Shown here piece by piece: positions 59,628 through 64,000 of a stretch of 64,000 nucleotides of DNA (the first letter of the stretch is position 1; each line of letters begins with the position of its first letter). The notes beneath the pieces are model-generated. The model searched no databases. It was given only the letters and a program-made list of their open reading frames with translations, and was not told the DNA's origin. This DNA comes from an uncultured Cryomorphaceae bacterium (lineage in GTDB: Bacteria; Bacteroidota; Bacteroidia; Flavobacteriales; UBA7430). A program made the translations under genes and the position numbers. The stretch spans positions 2,916-66,915 of the forward strand of contig CACDER010000002.1 of the NCBI GenBank assembly GCA_902551855.1, in the 5' to 3' direction.

Positions 59628-61453
59628 ATAGAAATAAATTTACTAATAGGCGGATTTTTTTTTATTTTTTAATATTATCTAGTTCATTGATTTTATTAAT
59701 TAAATTATTTTTTTTGCAAATAATTGATAATTCATACAAACTATCAGCAGAAAAAAATGTTGTAAAACAAGAAATTATTTATCCTAAAAGAGGATACATA
59801 TATGATAGAAATAAGATTTTGTTAGCAGGTAATCAAAGAGCATACGATCTAATGGTAATACCGAGAGAAATAGGTAATATCGATACACTAAAGTTTTGTA
59901 AAATAATTGACCTAAAACTTGAAAGCTTTATAAAAAAAATTCAGAAGTCCAAAAATTATTCTTCCTTTAAAGAGTCTATATTTTTAAAAGAAATATCTAA
60001 AAGAAAAGCTGCAAAATTTCAAGAATACTTATATGAATTTTCAGGTTTTTTTTTAAAAGAAAGGACAATGAGAAAGTATACTGAAAATTCCTGTAGTCAT
60101 ATTTTAGGTTATGTTAGTCAGGTCCCTGACTATATTATAAAATCAAATAAATATTATAATTACAATGATAATTTTGGAATAACTGGTGTAGAAAGATCAT
60201 ATGAAAAAGACTTAAGGGGTAATAAAGGAATAGAATTTTTTTTTAGAGATGTATGGAATAGGAAAATGGGTAGTTATAAAAATGGGAAATATGATAGTCT
60301 AGCTATTAATGGTAAAAACTTAGATCTAACTATTGATATTTACTTGCAAAAATATGGAGAATTATTAATGCAAAATAAAAAAGGAAGTATTGTTGCAATT
60401 GAACCCTCTACGGGAGAAATACTAACACTGATTAGCAGTCCAAATTATGATCCTAACTTATTAGTAGGTCAAAATAGATCTGAAAATTATATAAAACTTT
60501 ATAAAAATAAAAATAAACCTCTATTTGATAGAAGCTTATTAGCAGAATATCCTCCTGGATCAACTTTTAAGCTTATTAACGCTTTGATTGGATTACAGGA
60601 AGGAGTGATTTCGCCAGGCACAAAATTTCCTTGTGATAATGGTTGGGAATATAATAAAGACCTCAAAGTAGGTTGCCATAAACATAGATCTAATTTAAAT
60701 TTAAAAGAAGCGATTGCTCAATCTTGTAATTCATACTTTTGTCACACTTTTGGTAAAATAATTTCTAAATATAAAAACACAAATATAGGTTATAACAAAT
60801 GGAGAGATCATGTATTAAGTTTTGGATTAGGTAATTATCTAAATAATGACTTGTATACTGGGAAACCCGGAAAAATTCCAACTCAATCATTTTATGACAT
60901 TCAATATGGCAAAAATAGATGGAAATATCCAACTATAATTTCAATTTCAATTGGACAAGATGCTCTACTTTTATCTCCCATTCAATTAGCTAATATGACT
61001 TCAGTAATTGCCAATAGAGGGTATTTCTATACTCCTCACATAGTTAAAAAAATAAATGATAAAGAAATAAATAACGAATTTCTGATTGCAAAATTTTGTT
61101 CAATAGATAAAAAATATTTTCAACCTGTAATAAATGGTATGGAAAATGTTATTTCTAGTAAGTTTGGGACTGCTAATAATGCTAAAATTAAAGGAATGCA
61201 AATTTGTGGTAAAACTGGAACCGCTCAAAATCCTCATGGAAAAGATCACTCAATTTTTATTGCTTTTTCTCCAAAAGATGATCCTAAAATTGCTGTAGCT
61301 GTAATAGTCGAAAATAGTGGATGGGGTTCAACATGGGCTGCTCCTATTGGGACATTAATGATTGAGAAGTATTTAACTGGAGAAATTTCAAATTCTAAAT
61401 TAGAAAACTTTATTAAAAATGCAACAATAATTGACGATAGTTATGAGAAGTAA
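59624..61453 (+). CDS. mrdA: penicillin-binding protein 2 (elongasome transpeptidase)
   Basis: N-terminal TM and dimerisation domain. Transpeptidase motifs 'STFK', 'SCN' and 'KTGT'. Confidence 0.9.
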   Translation: MNRNKFTNRRIFFYFLILSSSLILLIKLFFLQIIDNSYKLSAEKNVVKQEIIYPKRGYIYDRNKILLAGNQRAYDLMVIPREIGNIDTLKFCKIIDLKLESFIKKIQKSKNYSSFKESIFLKEISKRKAAKFQEYLYEFSGFFLKERTMRKYTENSCSHILGYVSQVPDYIIKSNKYYNYNDNFGITGVERSYEKDLRGNKGIEFFFRDVWNRKMGSYKNGKYDSLAINGKNLDLTIDIYLQKYGELLMQNKKGSIVAIEPSTGEILTLISSPNYDPNLLVGQNRSENYIKLYKNKNKPLFDRSLLAEYPPGSTFKLINALIGLQEGVISPGTKFPCDNGWEYNKDLKVGCHKHRSNLNLKEAIAQSCNSYFCHTFGKIISKYKNTNIGYNKWRDHVLSFGLGNYLNNDLYTGKPGKIPTQSFYDIQYGKNRWKYPTIISISIGQDALLLSPIQLANMTSVIANRGYFYTPHIVKKINDKEINNEFLIAKFCSIDKKYFQPVINGMENVISSKFGTANNAKIKGMQICGKTGTAQNPHGKDHSIFIAFSPKDDPKIAVAVIVENSGWGSTWAAPIGTLMIEKYLTGEISNSKLENFIKNATIIDDSYEK

Positions 61454-62717
61454 TAAAGTCTTATTCAGAAATATTGATACTCAAATATTATTAATTTATA
61501 TAATTATGATATTATATGGATTATTGAATATTTTTGCTGCTAATTATGATAATGATATCATGATTTTATTTAATTTCAAGTCCGAACCTTTCAAGCAATC
61601 TATATGGATTCTATCCTCTTTTTCATTAATATTTTTTATTTTGTTACTTGATGGTAAAATATTTGCTTCATTATCTTATTTTATATACTTTTTATCAATT
61701 TTATCACTAATAATTGTTTTATTTATTGGCAAAGAAATTGGTGGTGCAAGATCATGGTTCAATATTTCAACCATGCTTAGCATTCAACCATCTGAATTTG
61801 CAAAAATTGGAACATTACTCGCATTAAGTAAATATTTAAGTCAAATTAATATTAACATTTCTAAATTATCAGTTCAGATATTCTCATTAACTATTATTTT
61901 TATTCCAATTTTATTAATATTACTTCAACCTGATGCTGGGTCATCTATTATTTTTTTTTCATTTTTACTTATATTATTCAGGGAAGGAATTTCAAAATAT
62001 TATTTAATTTTAGCAGGTATTGCATTTTCACTTTTAATTTTTTCTTTAAAAAGTTCAACAAAATTTTTGATAATTTCACTTATCATAATTTTAATATTTT
62101 TATTAATTTATATGATAAATAAAAAAAAATTAAAAAGTAATTTAAAATTACTTTTAACTGTATCCATAATTTTATTTAGCTACATTAAAACTATAAATTT
62201 TATTTATAATGACGTATTAAAACCTCATCAAAAAAATAGAATTGACTTAATAATGGGAAAGGTTGTAGATATTCATGGTATAGGATATAACTTAAATCAA
62301 TCAAAAATTGCTATTGGTTCTGGAGGTTTATTTGGTAAAGGATTTTTGAAAGGGACACAAACAAAATTTAATTTTGTTCCTGAACAAAGTACTGATTTTA
62401 TTTTCTGTACAATTGGTGAAGAATGGGGATTTATTGGTTCATTTTTTACAATTTTAATATTTATTTTATTTCTTATCAAAATAATTACAATGGCAGAAAG
62501 ACAAAGGTCCACTTTTAGTAGGATTTATGGATATGGAATATTCTGTATATTTTTTTCTCATTATTTTATAAATATAGGAATGTCGATTGGTATTGTCCCT
62601 ACAATTGGGATTCCTCTTCCATTTTTCAGCTATGGAGGGTCATCTTTTTGGAGTTTTAGTATTTTACTATTTATCTTTATAAAACTAGACTCATATAGAA
62701 TGGATATTTTAAGATAA
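61443..62717 (+). CDS. rodA: peptidoglycan glycosyltransferase RodA (SEDS family)
   Basis: About 10 TM segments, with 'QPSEFAKI', 'PDAGS', 'EQSTDFIF' and 'IPLPFFSYGGSS'. I prefer the ATG at 61443 to the TTG at 61431. Confidence 0.9.
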   Translation: MRSNKVLFRNIDTQILLIYIIMILYGLLNIFAANYDNDIMILFNFKSEPFKQSIWILSSFSLIFFILLLDGKIFASLSYFIYFLSILSLIIVLFIGKEIGGARSWFNISTMLSIQPSEFAKIGTLLALSKYLSQININISKLSVQIFSLTIIFIPILLILLQPDAGSSIIFFSFLLILFREGISKYYLILAGIAFSLLIFSLKSSTKFLIISLIIILIFLLIYMINKKKLKSNLKLLLTVSIILFSYIKTINFIYNDVLKPHQKNRIDLIMGKVVDIHGIGYNLNQSKIAIGSGGLFGKGFLKGTQTKFNFVPEQSTDFIFCTIGEEWGFIGSFFTILIFILFLIKIITMAERQRSTFSRIYGYGIFCIFFSHYFINIGMSIGIVPTIGIPLPFFSYGGSSFWSFSILLFIFIKLDSYRMDILR

Positions 62718-62733
62718 AACTTATATTTATAAA

Positions 62734-63489
62734 ATGGAAATAACAATAAAATACTTTGGAAGTAATTGGAAAGCAAATTTAAAAGAACCAATTGATATTT
62801 CAATTCCATTAAATGATAATAAACCTTTGATAAATGCATGGGGGTCTGAGAAACCTGAAATTAAACCTGTTGAAAGAGAAAATTGGATTGGATCTGTAAA
62901 ATCAGGAAGTAGTGTTAATTTCAATAATATTTTTTTTAATCCCCATAGTCATGTTACACATACAGAATGTGTCGGTCACATCAGTGTGAAGAAAAAAAGT
63001 GTAAATCAATTACTCAAAAAATTTGTTTTTTTTTCAAATTTGATTTCAATCCGTCCAAAGATCAGGCAAAATGGAGATAAAGTCATAACCCTAGATCAAG
63101 TTACTAAAAAATTTGTTGCACCTTACAATGAAGCACTAATAATAAGAACTTTACCTAATACAAATAAAAAACTTGATTTTGATTACTCAAATACAAATCC
63201 AACTTATATGGATTACCGTTGTGCAAAATGGCTCAGTGAAAAAGGTGTTAAACATATTTTAATTGATGTTCCATCTATTGACAAGGAAAAAGATGATGGA
63301 AATCTTTCTGCCCATAAAGCTTATTGGAATTATCCACAAAATCCAAAACTAGACTTTTTCATAACAGAATTTATTTATGTACCAAATACTGTTAATGACG
63401 GAATTTATTTATTATTTTTAAATTTTGCTCCCATAGAAAACGATGCGTCTCCTAGTAGACCAATTATATTCAAACTAAAAAAATTATGA
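62734..63489 (+). CDS. cyclase / kynurenine-formamidase-like family protein (divergent metal motif)
   Basis: 'HSHVTHTECVGH' stands in place of the family motif HxGTHxDxPxH. 'AKWLSEKGVKHILIDVPSID', 'SAHKAYW' and the C-terminal 'ENDASPSRPIIFKL' follow the cyclase-family layout. Confidence 0.6.
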   Translation: MEITIKYFGSNWKANLKEPIDISIPLNDNKPLINAWGSEKPEIKPVERENWIGSVKSGSSVNFNNIFFNPHSHVTHTECVGHISVKKKSVNQLLKKFVFFSNLISIRPKIRQNGDKVITLDQVTKKFVAPYNEALIIRTLPNTNKKLDFDYSNTNPTYMDYRCAKWLSEKGVKHILIDVPSIDKEKDDGNLSAHKAYWNYPQNPKLDFFITEFIYVPNTVNDGIYLLFLNFAPIENDASPSRPIIFKLKKL

Positions 63490-64000
63490 TGAAAATAGCT
63501 TCTAAAATGTTTTATTGTCATAGTATAGTTAAATATCAAAGATTTAAAAGTCACGAGGTAAAAGTTGGAAATATAGGTATTGGAGGAAACAATCCAGTTA
63601 GAATCCAATCAATGACAACAACTGATACCCTAAATACTTCTGAAACAGTTAATCAATGTATTGGACTTATAAAAGCTGGATGTGAAATTATAAGGATCAC
63701 AGCACCCAGTAGAAAAGAGTCTGAAAATTTATTTAATATTAAAAATGAACTTAATCAACTTGGATATTATACTCCACTTGTCGCAGACATTCATTTTACA
63801 CCCAATGCAGCTGAAATTGCTGCATCTATTGTTGAAAAAGTAAGAATTAATCCTGGGAATTACGCAGATAAAAAAAAATTTAAAAAAATAGATTATTCTA
63901 GAAAAAGTTATGATGAAGAATTAAAAAGAATTAATGAAAGATTTTTACCATTATTAAAAATTTGTAAAAAACACAAAACTGCTATTAGGATTGGAACTAA
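63486..64000 (+). CDS. ispG: 4-hydroxy-3-methylbut-2-enyl diphosphate synthase (3' end cut by window edge)
   Basis: This frame is not in the ORF track because it runs off the window. It translates as 'VKVGNIGIGGNNPVRIQSMTTTDT...AGCEIIRITAP...LVADIHF...EKVRINPGNY'. It has an ATGA overlap with the upstream gene. Confidence 0.88.
   Translation, partial: MMKIASKMFYCHSIVKYQRFKSHEVKVGNIGIGGNNPVRIQSMTTTDTLNTSETVNQCIGLIKAGCEIIRITAPSRKESENLFNIKNELNQLGYYTPLVADIHFTPNAAEIAASIVEKVRINPGNYADKKKFKKIDYSRKSYDEELKRINERFLPLLKICKKHKTAIRIGT

Overview
This is a very AT-rich window (roughly 30% G+C by eye, not computed). It is extremely gene-dense: the gaps between my calls sum to about 2 kb of 64 kb. I call 62 protein-coding genes (two cut by the window edges) and one tRNA-Leu(UAG). 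Many neighbouring genes share 1-4 nt start/stop overlaps (ATGA, TAATG, TGATG), and several convergent gene pairs overlap at their 3' ends.

Gene content and order point to a streamlined member of the Flavobacteriia (Bacteroidota). The evidence is ftsX-DUF3098-uppP, nadK-DUF6089-uppS-bamA-skp-skp-murI, a gldA-like ATPase, atpDC separated from the other atp genes, mreBCD-mrdA-rodA, DUF3127, and proteins with T9SS C-terminal sorting domains. This taxonomic placement is inference from motifs I recognise, since no search was possible.

Most of the window is core housekeeping: biotin, SAM cycle, cell envelope, translation, purine, ATP synthase and isoprenoid genes. I see no CRISPR array, transposase, integrase, prophage, toxin-antitoxin pair or recognisable defence gene. 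There is no intergenic space large or GC-rich enough for a structured ncRNA.

The one accessory-looking block is a tight minus-strand operon at 35940-44831. It encodes an oversized TonB-dependent receptor, a 1340-aa acidic secreted protein with a T9SS-type C-terminal domain and no recognisable catalytic motif, and a PorV/PorQ/FadL-like beta-barrel. A degenerate Rieske-fold lipoprotein gene is transcribed divergently from it. I consider this operon the best candidate for an undescribed system.

Secondary leads:
- a DUF3127 OB-fold-like protein ending in an SSB-type acidic ...DDLPF tip
- a divergent KAS I/II-like condensing enzyme directly upstream of bioB, in a window that has bioB/F/D/A but no pimelate-arm genes
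- a 30-bp in-frame tandem duplication inside the sorting domain of an M43 protease
- a perfect 12-bp palindrome in the only long intergenic region

All protein calls rest on motifs read from the supplied translations. None has been verified by search.
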